A stretch of DNA of 64,000 bases from Octopus vulgaris (GCA_951406725.2 OX597824.1:43586001-43650000); one strand, 5' to 3'. Positions 13,954-26,942 are shown, counted from the first letter of the stretch. Translations and numbers: made by a program. Notes: generated by a model not told the origin, from the sequence alone.

Positions 13954-15884
13954 GGCAGGCAGGCAGACAGCGAAAGAGGAGGAAAAAGAGAGAGAGGGAG
14001 AGATAGACAGACGACAGAAGGGAAAAAAATGTTTGTAAGCGCCAAAAGAAGCAGAAATGGAGCATTGGTGTAAGCTATGAGTGATGAGTGACTTATGAGT
14101 GAGGTAACTGGTGTTAAGTGATGATTGATGTGGGATCGATTTCTTTGGCCCAAAAACGTTGGCAATGAAACCAGAAAGTAAAATGGATGTGGGAGTAAGG
14201 AGGATGCGGAGATGACTTTAGGTGAGAAAGAAATATTTGTGCCGCGGGAGAAATAAAAAATAATTAGATGGTGTTGATGATGATGATTATGGTGGAAGCG
14301 ATGATGATGATGATGATGATGAAAATAGCAACAGCAGCTCTAAGTGCAGCCGCTGCAGCATCAATGGGAAAAGGAGGAGGAGGAGAAATTGCTTATTATG
14401 TTCTGATTAAGCAGATTTGGAATTCAAATGCGTTCCAACCGTAACCATCTTTTCTTATATCTTTTCTATAACTGGTACCACATTGCCTGATGTAACGTAA
14501 GGTAGGGTGTGATTGCCTGATGTAACGTAAGGTATAGAGACTTCGTTGATATTCCTAGCAAGACTGAGCCACCATTTATATATAGCCTTCCTTCATTGCT
14601 GCTGTTGCTCTGCTGCTGCTTGTGGGGTAGGGTGAGGGAGGGGTAAGGTGGGGTGATGATGGGGAGGGGGTGAGGAGTAAGGGTGTTATGGTGGTGGTCC
14701 TACCAGCAGTAAAACTCAAGAAGGCAACCAGTTCTGCTGTTGTTTTGTGGTCGGTGGTTGTGGTGGTGATGGTGGTGGCGGTGATGTTGTTGTGGTCGCC
14801 GTAGAGGTGGTAGTGTGTGAGTGTTTGTGTGTGTGTATCCGTGTGTAGTGTGCATTTGTGTTTGAGTGTGTGAAACAGACAGACATACAGTGTGTGTGTG
14901 GGGGGGGGTTACTGCATTCAGCACAGCAATGCCGAATTAATAAAGTTACCCAAATTTTTGGACGACACAAATCCCATTTCTGGTTTATTCTACAAGTCAG
15001 ACATTATTTTTACATTATAATTCAATAGCAGACTAACACCCTCCGGGTGGTTTTCTACTAGCCCACTTGATAATATTTTCAGATTTCATTCCCAATTCTA
15101 ATAATTTTTATATTTTACGTCTAATTATTTCTTTGTATAATAGTGCTCACTTGCTTAGTAAATATTGCTTTCATTATTATATCAGTCATAATCTCTCATT
15201 TTTAAACAAACATCACGCTAGTCCAACAACAGAGGGGGAAACAGTTTGTCAAGTTCTACCTTCCCCTCAAAGCAACATAGATATGGCAATTCAGCAGCTC
15301 TTCTGTAAGCTTTGCAGTGTGTGTGAGAGAGGGGGAGAGAGATAACATTGCAAATAATGAATGAAATAAACATGAAATGAAAAAATCGTATAAATAAAAG
15401 GGCATTTCTACAGATGTATACGCCCCTGACTTTGTTGCCTCATGACTTCCAGAAAAATGGATACTTTTTAACAAAATTTTCTACAAATACCGCTTAGATG
15501 TTGTGGCTTCAGAGTATATAGGGATTTATGAGAAAGAGAGGAGTTTTGGAAAATTCACACGATCTGACTTTTTTCCCTCATAACTTTCAGGAAGATGGGT
15601 ATCTTTTAATGAAAATTTATTCTAATCCCTTTCAAACGGCATAGATTACGAATATAAAGAAATTTGTGGGGAAATTTTTTTCAGAGGCCTTCCTCATTAT
15701 TTTTTTTAACCACATCCTTCGAAATGATGAGGGGAGGGCATCTTTGTATAAAAAAAAGTCTTGTAAACTCTTTTTTTTATACCCCCTCCTTCATCCCACT
15801 CCGAACATATTTTGGCCAATTTATTTTTGCACTTCAAAACCATGGGAGGAGCATTTTCGGTAATTGTTTTTAAAATTGTTAATA

Positions 15885-16070
15885 TTTTCAGAGGGAAAAG
15901 TCAGTGATTTAAGGGCATTTTGGCTGTTGTTTCTAGCATATCCAAAGACAACCCTCCTCGTTTCTATATCACTCTCGCATGTATTGCTGCTTTTCAAAAA
16001 TTTTCCTCATAAAATACATTTATAGTCTATAAAAAGAAGATTTGAGAAATTATGAATATTTTGCAACCCT
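15885..16070 (+). repeat. Dispersed repeat segment homologous to 50190-50385
   Basis: Shared tttggctgttgtttctagcatatcc and colinear downstream sequence; probably part of a larger element spanning about 15420-16150. Confidence 0.7.
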
Positions 16071-16281
16071 ACTCCCTGCCCCCGATTGTTTCTGTTTAGA
16101 AATTAAAATACTGGAGAGCCTGGGGTCATTGAGGGAATTTATCCACAGTGATTTTTAAAAAAATACGGCGATGTACTTGCATAGCAAGTGACTTGATCTG
16201 AGATCGTGTGCTGAAACAAAAATAATTGCAGCGTAGATGTTTGTAAGCCATTCAAGAACACACAGAAACCGTTACTTTCAC

Positions 16282-16522
16282 GGCCCTACATAAATACAGA
16301 GGTCCCGATGCATCTACGTAACGATATGAGGGGAAGAGTTAGTTTTCGGCTTAAATTTTAGAGTTAAGGTGAGGACTAGTTTTAGGGTGGATTAGGGTTA
16401 GGGTGTCATTACACGTCCACACAGCGTACATTTAAAATGTTTTGTATGTAATACCTGTATTTAAGTAGTACCTCTGTTTTTAAGTAGTACTTGATAAGGG
16501 ACCTCTGTATTTAAGTAGTACC
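16282..16522. mobile_element. MITE with 25-bp TIRs and internal TTAGGG-like repeats
   Basis: ggccctacataaatacagaggtccc and gggacctctgtatttaagtagtacc (22/25 inverted match); partial tandem TIR copies at 16453-16490. Confidence 0.75.
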
Positions 16523-17323
16523 AGTTTTACTTTAACATTAAAATTTCATTTGCGTCAAAATATTTTCACTGACAAAACTTCGCAAAAGTAATGGAGCTCG
16601 AAGTTTTATCAGTGAACATCAAACGCTCGCGCGCACACACACACACTCATTGCCTTTCATTTGTGTATATGTGTATCTATGTATGTGCGTGAGTGTGTCA
16701 CTGTTGAAGACGCCCGGACAACGTGTTTGTGTATATATTGGCTTAGTGGTACAGAGTGTTTCGAAACTGTGAATAAGGTACTTGTCGGTAACTTTTTTTT
16801 CTCCTCCTCTTCTAATAGTAATTACTCAACTTTCTAGGCTCTTCTCACAGCTGTCCCGCGTTCAAAATTTACACTGGTATTTTAAAAAGTTTCAATCAAT
16901 AAATAATAAATTACGTACACATTAATAGAATAAACTGTCGATTTTCCAAATAGCCAATGAAAACTTAAAAGGGAAAGTGAGAGACTTTGCAAATGAGAAT
17001 GGAATACTTCACAGTGAATGCAATGAATATTTAAATTTGCGAGAAATTGGAGTTTAAAAATTTCAAGAAACTTGAGAAATCGAAATTATAGGAAATTTCT
17101 TAGAATATGAATTTATAAAAATATTTCCAAACGGTCAACCCTTTAATAATTGCTTTCTGTTAGTACTTTTGGTAATTGTTACATACCTAATTAATAAGCA
17201 GCTTTCTCCATTATAGTATAGATGTCCCCAAAGGATACAAACGTTTTACTTAACTAATCGCTGATGCACACACACACACACACACACAGACATATATATA
17301 TATATATATATATACATGCGCAA

Positions 17324-17478
17324 GAGTGGATGTGTAGTAAGTAGCTTGCATCACAACCTCATGCTTCCGGGTTCAGTCCCACTGCGTAGCACCTTGGGCA
17401 AGTGTCTTCTACTGTAGCCTCGGGCCGACCAAAACATTGTGATTGTTTTTTTTACAGACGGAAACTGAAAGAAGCCCG

Positions 17479-17513
<35 letters not shown>
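17324..17513 (+). mobile_element. tRNA-type SINE, family B head followed by (GT)n
   Basis: gggttcagtccc B-box-like motif, accttgggcaagt core and agacggaaactgaaagaagccc; related copy at about 59885-60030. Confidence 0.8.
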
Positions 17514-17516
<3 letters not shown>

Positions 17517-17599
17517 ATATTAAAGATACCTCTGAGTAAAGGAGATTTAAATAGCTTAACTTGAAAACAAACTCTCCCTTTTCGCACAGGCTGCACACT

Positions 17600-17815
17600 G
17601 ATGCACTAAAAGTTGCAGCAGAGATACTAAAAACGGAAGGACTCTAGAATTAAGCTGGACCCTAACTTTAGGTCGGCTAATTCAGGCAACTTCTGGCAGA
17701 CCATCCGCCGACTTCGTAATAAGAAGCCCTCTTCCGCGCCTCTCGTTAAGAACTCGGCTGGGGATCTTTATACAGAGAGAAGCACACTTGGGAGGTGAAG
17801 AGAATACTTTGTCAC
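17600..17815 (+). pseudogene. RTE-clade LINE fragment (linker between endonuclease and RT)
   Basis: + strand reads NFRSANSGNFWQTIRRLRNKK...GDLYTERSTLGR*REYF, matching the FWQTIRRL...RWxEYF motif of RTE/Rex3-like ORFs. Confidence 0.65.
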
Positions 17816-18189
17816 AAAAAAATCTTCTAGTAGACACGATGTCCATCTTAGTGGTGATTAGCAATCAACTAGCATCTCTGAAAATCTTTTTATTGAGGAA
17901 TCATAGTGCTCTTAAAAACCTGGAGACATTCATCATTATTCTTGCTTATTTAACCATTTAAGTAATAGTTCCCACCTCCTCAGAGTGAATCATGACTGAG
18001 GACATTTTAAAAGCTGAAAATGTGAAGAGCTGTGGTGTTTGTGCTTTGTTAAAAATATCACCGACATAAATAAAAAGAAATTATTACAAACTAAATTCGG
18101 AAATTTGTTGGCTTTCTACCTCGTATGAAGTAACCTCTGCTCTGCAGAACTTATTTAAAATTGCCGATAGAAACAACTTGTATATGTAA

Positions 18190-18600
18190 GGCGGCGAGCT
18201 GGCAGAAACGTTAGCACGCCGGGCGAAATGCGTAGCCGTATTTCGTCTGCCGTGACGTTCTGAGTTCAAATTCCGCCGAGGTCGACTTTACCTTTCATCC
18301 TTTCGGGGTCTATTAAATAAGTACCAGTTACGCACTGGGGTCGATATAATCGTCTTGATCCCTTTGTCTATCCTTGTTTGTCCCCTCTATGTTTAGCCCT
18401 TTGTGGGCAGTAAAGAAATAGGTATTTTTTCTGCCGTTACGTTCTGAGTTCAAATTCCGCCAAGGTTGACTTTGCTTTTCATCCTTTCGGGGTCGATTAA
18501 ATAAGTACCAGTTACGCACTGGGGTCGATATAATCGTCTTAATCCCTTTGTCTGTCCTTGTTTGTCTATGTTTAGCCCCTTGTGGGCAATAAAGAAATAA
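18190..18600 (+). mobile_element. SINE family A dimer with 16-bp flanking direct repeat
   Basis: Units 18190-18420 and 18421-18600; agaaacaacttgtata at 18169-18184 and 18600-18615. Confidence 0.9.
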
Positions 18601-20499
18601 GAAACAACTTGTATAGACGAATAGAAAAAATTGAATTAACGATTTGCTTCGGTTAATCCCGCGGGCTAGAGTCATAAAAGAGATTGATTGCTCAATCTTT
18701 TTTGATTAGTGATGTATCAATCAAGGGATAATTAGCTCTATTGGCTTCAAGGAACAAGTAAATGGGAATTATAGTTCTCGTGGCTTTCCCAATACATTTC
18801 ACACTGGAAAAGAATTGGAAACAACTGAGAATCGAACATAAGTTGTTGATTATTGATACTGAAAGCTCACTACCTAAACCACGGTTTTCGACAGTTTGCA
18901 ATAATGCCGTGTGTCATCTGACTAGATATGCAACGTTAAAATCGTACATTACCAACACAAATTCGTTCTATGTATTATATTAGCATTTACTTTAATACTT
19001 GACGCAGATGTGTGATGAGTGCGCGCGCACGCATGTGTGTGAAATACAATTCACTCTCAGTCGGTGTACAACTACTTCTTTCTTTGCCGACAAAAAAGAA
19101 ACGTATTGAAAATCATTCACGGAGTTGCATTTACCAGCTAATTTGCTTCAGATTAGTAAAGCAAACTTTAACAAGAAAAGGATAACAAGAAATAAATTAA
19201 TACATAAAATGTGAATATAAGAGAGAAAATAGAACATGCTACTTTTCGGGTCAGTACTCTGAGAGTTCATCATGAAATCTGCGTGCGTGCCTGCATGAGT
19301 GCGAGCGTACATGCGCGCGTGCGCGCGTGTATGCATGTGTGTGTGTGAGTGTAGGTGCATGTTATATTTATCATAGTTGCGGCTGTGTTTAAGTGTTTTG
19401 AATACGTACTAAAATGGAGAGAGAGGGGAAAACAAACAAACAAACTAGCAAACAATGACTGAGAGGTTTTTATTTTATTCTCACCTACAGGTGAGAAAAT
19501 AAAACCATTTGCACCTGTGGACAAGCACTGAATAATTTAGTTCAATAGTTACAGCTAAAAACTATATCAGTCTACCCCATCCTATCTTCCTATCATTTTG
19601 CAACCATCTCCACGACCATTACCAATAACAACAACTAGAGCATAAATATTAACAGTACTCAATTAAGAGCAATCACAACAGCGACCTAACTTCCCTGCAG
19701 CAGTATTTAATTACGAGTCCCGGATTTAATGACTTCTCGGATATAATCCGCTTAGTGCAACCGCTTTTGTGTGTATATTACGTGTGATTGAGTGTATGCG
19801 ATGACTGTAAAACATGCATACACCCACACTCACACACACATACACACACAGAAAACACATGTAATGTGCTTATGTATACATATGTGTACGTTTGTATATG
19901 TATGTGCGTGAGTGTGTCTATTTATCAGCTATCCGTCATAATCGACTATGACATGGAAACTGAAAAGAATTATATTTTATAATCTTTTTTTCTTTTTTTT
20001 TTTCCAATTTAACAAAATAACTTAATCAACGATGCTTGAGACTATAGACCAAAGGCACTGACACAATGATATGTAGATTTTGCAGATTAATGTTAGCAGA
20101 TCCTATAGCATGGATCTTGCTCTAGCTTTCCTCTGTGTTGTTTCATCCAACTCTACTCTACATCTTTTACTTCTTTCTTTATGGGTCTCCGCTTTTGTCA
20201 CTGTCAGTCGTGGTCTTCTTTCATGTAATTACAATGAAGCTTATTTCATAAATTCATCACTTGGTGATATCCTACTAATAGAATTTACGGCGATCTCTTC
20301 GACAGTTTCCTTAACTCAGTTTGTTCTAGTGGATACTAGTGTCCTCCATACGAATCATGTGCCCACCCCATCCCCACCAGTGTAACTGCCTTTCAGCAGG
20401 ATAAACTTACACTAGGCATATTTGCGCATTAAAAGACCCCTGGCAAAAGATGTTATGTCAAGAAGTGTGGATTATAGATCGTAGGTATTACAACAAACA

Positions 20500-22060
20500 G
20501 TTCATCAGTCTTGTGTTGTGTCGGTGTGTGTAGATCGTAGCAGAACATGAGACAGAATAGCACTACTACTCGGTGCATTTCGCATTTTGGTGACAGTTTT
20601 ATGTCTAGTGGCAGTCCACGGTCATTTGAGCTTCCAGAAGCGACTGTAACCGACTAGCAATGGCAAATCACCTATGCATCAATGATGTTTTAATCAGAAA
20701 TTGTACCACTCACATATGTAAACTTCTTCCCTATATGTAGAGGCTGATTCGCGATCAGAATTCTGGTTCCCGTGCCCAAGGTTCAAGCTGATACAAGACT
20801 TCTTTCTTTTTAAAGTAAAATTATAATCCCAAACTTACCGCCGTGCATTCAAATTCACGCGGGATTTTCTGGATTTCTCCCAGCGATTTATCCAATAGAG
20901 ATGAGTGATCAGTGCAATTTCTGCGAATGGATCTTAGCTTTGATACTTTCATCAGTCTATCATCCACGGTTGTGTGGATATACACCCCAACTGTCAGCTC
21001 TCTCCCTATATTTTTAAACACGATCCCCCATAAATAACGCAAATAGCTGTTCTCCACAAGCTACGATAAAGATCGTGGCAAACTTACCACCGTGAAATTG
21101 TCTGAATATTTCCACAAATTTGTTTGGATACTCATATCTTTTGAGCAAGGACTATAAGCCCTCTATTCGAACACTATCGAAAACCTTTGTATAGTCGGTG
21201 AAGGCAACGAAAAGATGAACTCACTATTCTATAGTATTTTTCTGGATTTGTCTAAAGATAAAAGTCATACAGTCAGTGTCTTTAAGCATATAAAATCAAC
21301 ACTGGCTGTCAGGAAGAATTTGTTCAGATATTTTTTGCACTCACTTGAGCAGTATCTTTGCTAGGATTTCTCTCGCTATTGAGAGACGAAAAATTCTTCG
21401 ATAGTTTGCACAGTTCTGTCAGTCACCGTTCCACTTATAAATACTTAGCATCTGTACATCTTTGAAATATTGCAGGAGATTACCATTTTATCGGTATTCT
21501 CTGAAGAATTGGAGAACCATGCAACGAAATTCCTTCACACCTTAGACATAGAGTTCCTTAAGAATGCTGTCAACACCAGGAGCTCTTCACAATTTTGTCT
21601 CGTAAACGGCGATTACCAGTTCCTCCAAAGTCGATAATAATACCAAACTGATATCTTCGGAAAGGTGCTGATTACATTCCAGAGCCTCGCGACAAATTAC
21701 TAAGGACAAGTTTAGTAACTCACTAAACTGTTCCTGCCAGTACTTCATGATCTCAATTTTCTTGATATTGAGGTGAGAGCTATCCTTACATTTCACCACT
21801 TCTCTTAAGAATGTTCATCTCCCTCAAACTGACAAAGTGAGAATCAGTAAATGGCCAGGATTTCAGCCACCCTCTGGTTTCACCATTTGTCTTTCAACTG
21901 TCACGTATTCTTTTGTAGAAAAGGATTTGTATCCTTGAGTTGGTAACATCTGTGCAGCTGATGTGCAGTGACTGGCTTATAAGTGCACCTCGTTCATATA
22001 GAATGCTTTGGTAGTACTTTCGTTTTCCTATAATGACTTCCGGGTGTTTAATCACCAGGC
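20500..22060 (-). pseudogene. Decayed RTE-clade LINE reverse transcriptase
   Basis: Minus-strand motifs YWQEQFSELLN, RAPGVDSILKEL, HLFVAFTDYTKVFDSV and YPNKFVEIFRQFHG; many frameshifts. Confidence 0.75.
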
Positions 22061-22073
22061 ACCAGACAGACAT

Positions 22074-22175
<102 letters not shown>

Positions 22176-22208
22176 CGATAGACAGACAGACATACAGACA
22201 GACAGACT

Positions 22209-22300
<92 letters not shown>

Positions 22301-23900
22301 TGTTTCTTTATTAGCCACACAGGGCTGCACACAGACGGGACAGATTACAAAGTAGAGCTTTTCTTTTTTGGGGAGAGAAAAAAAAAGGTGGGGTAGGTTT
22401 TCGATCAAAAGGGATCGTAAAAGGGAAAGAAGAAAAAAAAGGAACAGAACAAAAAAAAACGATCAACAGAGATCGTGTATGTAAAGTGTCATGATGTAAA
22501 GTCTAAAGGGGGAAGCAGATAGGGTTTATCTGTGGAAAGAAAAGCCTAGGGAAAAAGACCACGGTAACCTCGGTCAATAATGTTACTTGTTACCACATTT
22601 GTTTACAAGTAGGTAATCCTCTCTTTTAAATTTTCTGGGTTCATAGGATTATGCTCAAAGTGGCTTCGTTATTCATACGTGCCATCCTTGCTACATTCAC
22701 CCATCTTTTTTTGAAACATTCGCTAGACAAAACTTGCCTCTCTACTCTCACTTTCCTTTTCAAGTGATACTTGAAGAAGTTGATGAGAGATTGACCAGAG
22801 AGGAAAGTGTTTGTCTCCAATCCTTTCAGACGCGTCCACCAGATACATTCTTTCGCCATAGCCACAAGGATGATGAAAATAGCTCTTCCTTCCCGTTCCA
22901 AGGAAGGAGGCGTGACAATATTGACGATAGACTCGGCTGATAAACTGACTCGTCCCACACGTGACAGCAGTCGTTCGACATAAGCCCACAGGTCAGAAAT
23001 TGTTGGTGGAGGCGTTGGTGGACGGCATGGGCTTGCTTCTCCAGGTGCCGAGTCGCTAGCCCACTGATTTTTACCGGTTGATTTTCGTTCCTCTCACCGC
23101 TTCGTAGTCTTTCAGTGTCTCGCCGACCAGCTCGATGTGCTCGTGCCTAGACAATATGACGGTGACGTCGTCCGCGTATGCAAACACGCTCGTCCCGCAT
23201 CCCAGCTCTCGCGGGATGCCCCTCAGAGTTGCCAGCTTCCGCAATAATGGCTCGAGAGTCAATACGTAGAGAAGCGACGAGAGGGGGCATTCATGACGGA
23301 CCGAACGTGCAATGTCGAAAGGTCTCGATAGATGTCCATTTACGCGAATTACCGAACGGATACCTCTGTACAAAGCGGCTATCCAACCGCGGAAGACGGG
23401 ACCAAAACCAGCTGCTCTGAGGACAGCCTCCAAGTATCGATGGTCTACCCTATCGAAAGCTTTCGATTGATCCAAATTGATCGGCGCCCCACCTATGCCA
23501 GGTTCCTTAACTACCCTGTCTATGATGTAGCGCATCAGATGGAGGTTGTCATGGATGATCCGGCACGGCACGGCGCACGTTTGCGCCTTGTCGACAAAAT
23601 TCTCGATGACAAGCGCCAACCTCTTGGCTAACACCTTGGCCAAAATTTTCAAGTCTGCATTAAGCAGAGTGATGGGCCTAAAGTTATCTATTACATTCCC
23701 TTGTTTAGATCTTTCCTCGGCAGTGTTACGGCTCCTCGGCTCACAAAACCAGGAATGCTCCCGTTTTGCTGCCAGTTGCAGTACACCGCTGCCAAGACGT
23801 CTCCAAATAGGTCTGACATACAACTGTAAAGCTCGTTGAGTAGACCATCCAAACCTGGCGATTTGTCCCTCGAGCATCCTGCCATCGCGTCCTGCACTTC
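22301..23900 (-). mobile_element. Tx1/L1-like LINE, 5'-truncated with internal deletion; RT pseudogene plus 3' UTR
   Basis: KSPGLDGL, NFRPITLLNADLKILAKVLAKRL, LDQSKAFDRVDH, SVRHECPLS and AYADDV (ORF 23071..23877); C-terminal ORF 22641..22958; 3' end aataaagaaac adjoining (TATC)n. Confidence 0.92.
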
Positions 23901-24378
23901 CTTAGAGCGTAGGCGAGAAAAATATGCCATAATATACATCTGGAAGATCCTGGAAGGACTTGTCCCAAATTTTGGCATCGGGAGTTACACAAAAACTAGA
24001 ACTGGGCGCCACTGCATAGTGCCAATGACTCCATATTTGCCATCAAGATGTAGGACAAGATACTGCAATAGCCTGGGCTTCAGAGGTCCACAGCTCTTCA
24101 ATATCCTCCCGAAGGACCTGAGAAACCTGCGTGGGGTGGATGTAGGTGTCTTCAAAATAAAGCTGGACCTCTTCCTGTCCGGTGTTCTAGATGAACCAAC
24201 TTTGCGGCAGGAGGTGCAGATGAGGGCAGCTGCATCAAACTCTCTCAGGCACCAAATGTCAATTGCTAAAAAGCATTCGTGAAGTATAATCATGTAGCAA
24301 CACCAAATGGTGGTGCCCCAGCATGGCCACAGCTCGTGAGCTGAACCTAGATGAAATAAATGAAATAGATGAAATAGT
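23899..24378 (+). mobile_element. CR1/L2-group LINE 3' end
   Basis: SLERRREKYAIIYIWKILEGLVPN...GPQLFNILPKDLRN...FKIKLDLFL...RAAASNSL stop at 24282; short 3' UTR and (ATGAAATAR)3 tail. Confidence 0.85.
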
Positions 24379-25818
24379 AAGGTCAGCAGCCGACGCCACT
24401 CTTTTATCACCATAGAACTTTCTGTAGATGAGATGGCAAATGAGGGCACCATAAAGAAACATCTGTATGTAATTGGATTATAGTGATAAACGGTTGTAAA
24501 ATACGAGTCCCATTCTCTGAGTCTCTGTAATTAGTATCTGGTGACAGGCGAGGTACTAATCACGTGATTGCTAGTAATCTGGCTGAAGCGAGATGACCAT
24601 TAATCGCATGAATCCGCACGTTTTACATCAGAGTGTTCCTCTCCAAGGATACTGCAACAACAGCTAGGGGTCCCTCACTCTCAACGATTTTACAATGCGC
24701 CTTGACATAAACCAAACCTATTTCTGCGTCTCCGCACTGAAATGAAATGTCATCACATATGTTAGCTAACCCATTGCTGGGACGCTGAGAGGTGCTGCTA
24801 CTCCAGGTTAGACTAGACCTCAAAAGAATAGTGGCTAGGAGGTGGTTCTACACTCCTCAAAACCCTGGGACTCCCGAATACTTACCCAGGACCAGCGCAT
24901 ATGCATACGTGTATACTGTATATCAGTTTCTTAGTGTGTTTCAGTGTTTACGATTACATCAGTTTAAATCTCATATTTTGTGTGTGTTGTGTCCATTTTA
25001 TGTCCTTTAACTTAGTAGACCAACAACACTGATTGATAAATTGAGTAATATGCTTAAATATATGTACTGATGTCGATACATTCTAAAACTTTTGAAAACA
25101 ATGCCACAGCACTATCGCAACCCGGTCACTAAAACCAATAAAATAATGTGTTTTCGCACGCGCGTGTGAGTGTGTAGGACAACGAGAAAAGAGAAGAGAA
25201 CGGTGAAAGAAAGCAAGGTATCTAAGTGGATTAATCTTTAGTGTCCAAATACGTTTGTCTTATTTTTGTTTTCTTATTGTTTTCCCTTATTGTTATCTTG
25301 TAAGTCAACAGCCGAGAAAAAAGGTGAATGCCATTCGTAAAATATTTTAACCAATCGAAAGACATGGAAGTTGTTGTACTGGTCAAGTGCAAATTAGTTA
25401 TATGACCTCATAGCCAATCAAAGTTGAAGGCTAAATTCAAACCATAACAATCAATCACTTCACCACTACCACACACATACTACTCATATTAGTGGTAAAA
25501 TCAAGAAAAATTCTTTCGCAAAGTCAGAGCTTTAGGTGTAAAACAAACTTAGAGGAATAAAGTAGATCTATTTTTATTGTTGTTTAATCTCGCGTCAGAA
25601 CTGAACAAGCAGACTTACCGTCAAAAGCTTGCTTATTAACATTCCCATCTTTATTTCAGGTATAGGATAATGTAGTTTTAAATGCACAAGGTATGTTTTT
25701 TTAAGAGGGTATAGTTTAAGGATACAATTTAGAGATTTAGTTGCTATTTTCTGCAGCTCAAACTTCTGCATAGATGTTACCTCATGATTTTTGGTAACAG
25801 TGAATAAAGTTTCTGTTG

Positions 25819-25849
<31 letters not shown>

Positions 25850-25929
25850 CATACATACATACATACATACATACATACGTGTATGTATGTGCGCGCGCGC
25901 GTATTTGTGTATGTGTGTGTGTATACGAG

Positions 25930-26400
25930 CCTGGGTGCAATTGACTCGTTCCTGCTTCTGAAAAGGTGAGCATCTAGGGAATCCATCACGCAGACAACTT
26001 CAGCATGTGCAAATGGTCGTGAATGATTTTTTCCACGGACCCTACACTTACCTTCACTTCTTGGGCTAGATGTCGAATAGTTATGCGGCGGTCCTCTAAA
26101 ATGGCAGCTTCCATTTTATGGACAGTGTTATTTTCAATGGCGAGATGTGGTCCTCCAGGAATAGAAGCAGTTTCCATCGATGTCCAACCACATTTGAACT
26201 GGAGAAGACAGTTCAAATGCAGCTTCGTTGGAACAAAACATTTGGAGGCTTACACTTCTCAGTTAGGATGTTTATAACCGAGGGTTATATCACCTTGCAT
26301 TCCATTTTCTTCCTTGAGCGCTCAATTCCTCATAAAGTAGTAGAAGTTACATTAGTGCTAACAGCTTGTTTTGGACATTTTAATTCAGGTGAATCTCATC
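25930..26400 (-). mobile_element. Mariner transposase N-terminal fragment
   Basis: ORF 25986..26216 ...EDRRITIRHLAQEVKVSVGSVEKIIHDHLHMLKLSA*WIPR (HTH plus WVPR-like motif). Confidence 0.85.
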
Positions 26401-26709
26401 CTCACCATGTCTGATTATAGTACATTTCTTCCAAAGAGAAAGAGGGGGCGAAAAAGAATGTGAAAAAGAGAAAGGGAGATAAGAAAAATCAACCCTGATA
26501 CTGGACTGATACTTTATTTATCTACCTAAAAAGGATGAAATGCCTTGCCTTCTCTAGTAAATAAACTGAATCAGTCAGTAATTAAGTGTCTTTGCCACAA
26601 AACACACCTTGTTGGTGTTGATAATATACACTGATTGTACGAATTTTTATTGACCCAGCTAAACCTGCTTTTGTCCATCGAATTCGTTCTCGTAATAGTT
26701 GTAGTTGTT

Positions 26710-26942
26710 GTTGTCTAGCCCTTGTTCAGCTTCGATCGAACCACCTACCTATAACCAACTGTGAACATGCCGTGTATATGTCGCTCGAGTTTCCTAGCAA
26801 CGGCAACCAAAGCTCCTTCTAAACAAAGAAGGGATACATTGAATCATTTATTTCTATAAAACCCTAAAATTCGGGATAGTTCTGGCTGGAATACACTTAA
26901 TCAGATATTTGGTCAATTAAGGTTGACCTGGGGCTAAACAAC
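26710..26942. mobile_element. Degenerate MITE-like element
   Basis: Inverted ends gttgtctagcccttgttcagc and gttgacctggggctaaacaac; related fragments at about 7030-7200, 7325-7385 and 29490-29545. Confidence 0.55.

Noticed and set aside
14482-14534. 23-bp direct repeat with 30-bp period (similar small duplications near 396-449 and 28405-28443)
   Set aside because: Ordinary local tandem duplications with no further structure.
16380-16405. Telomere or chromosome-fusion relic
   Set aside because: Only about three degenerate TTAGGG units, located inside a MITE.
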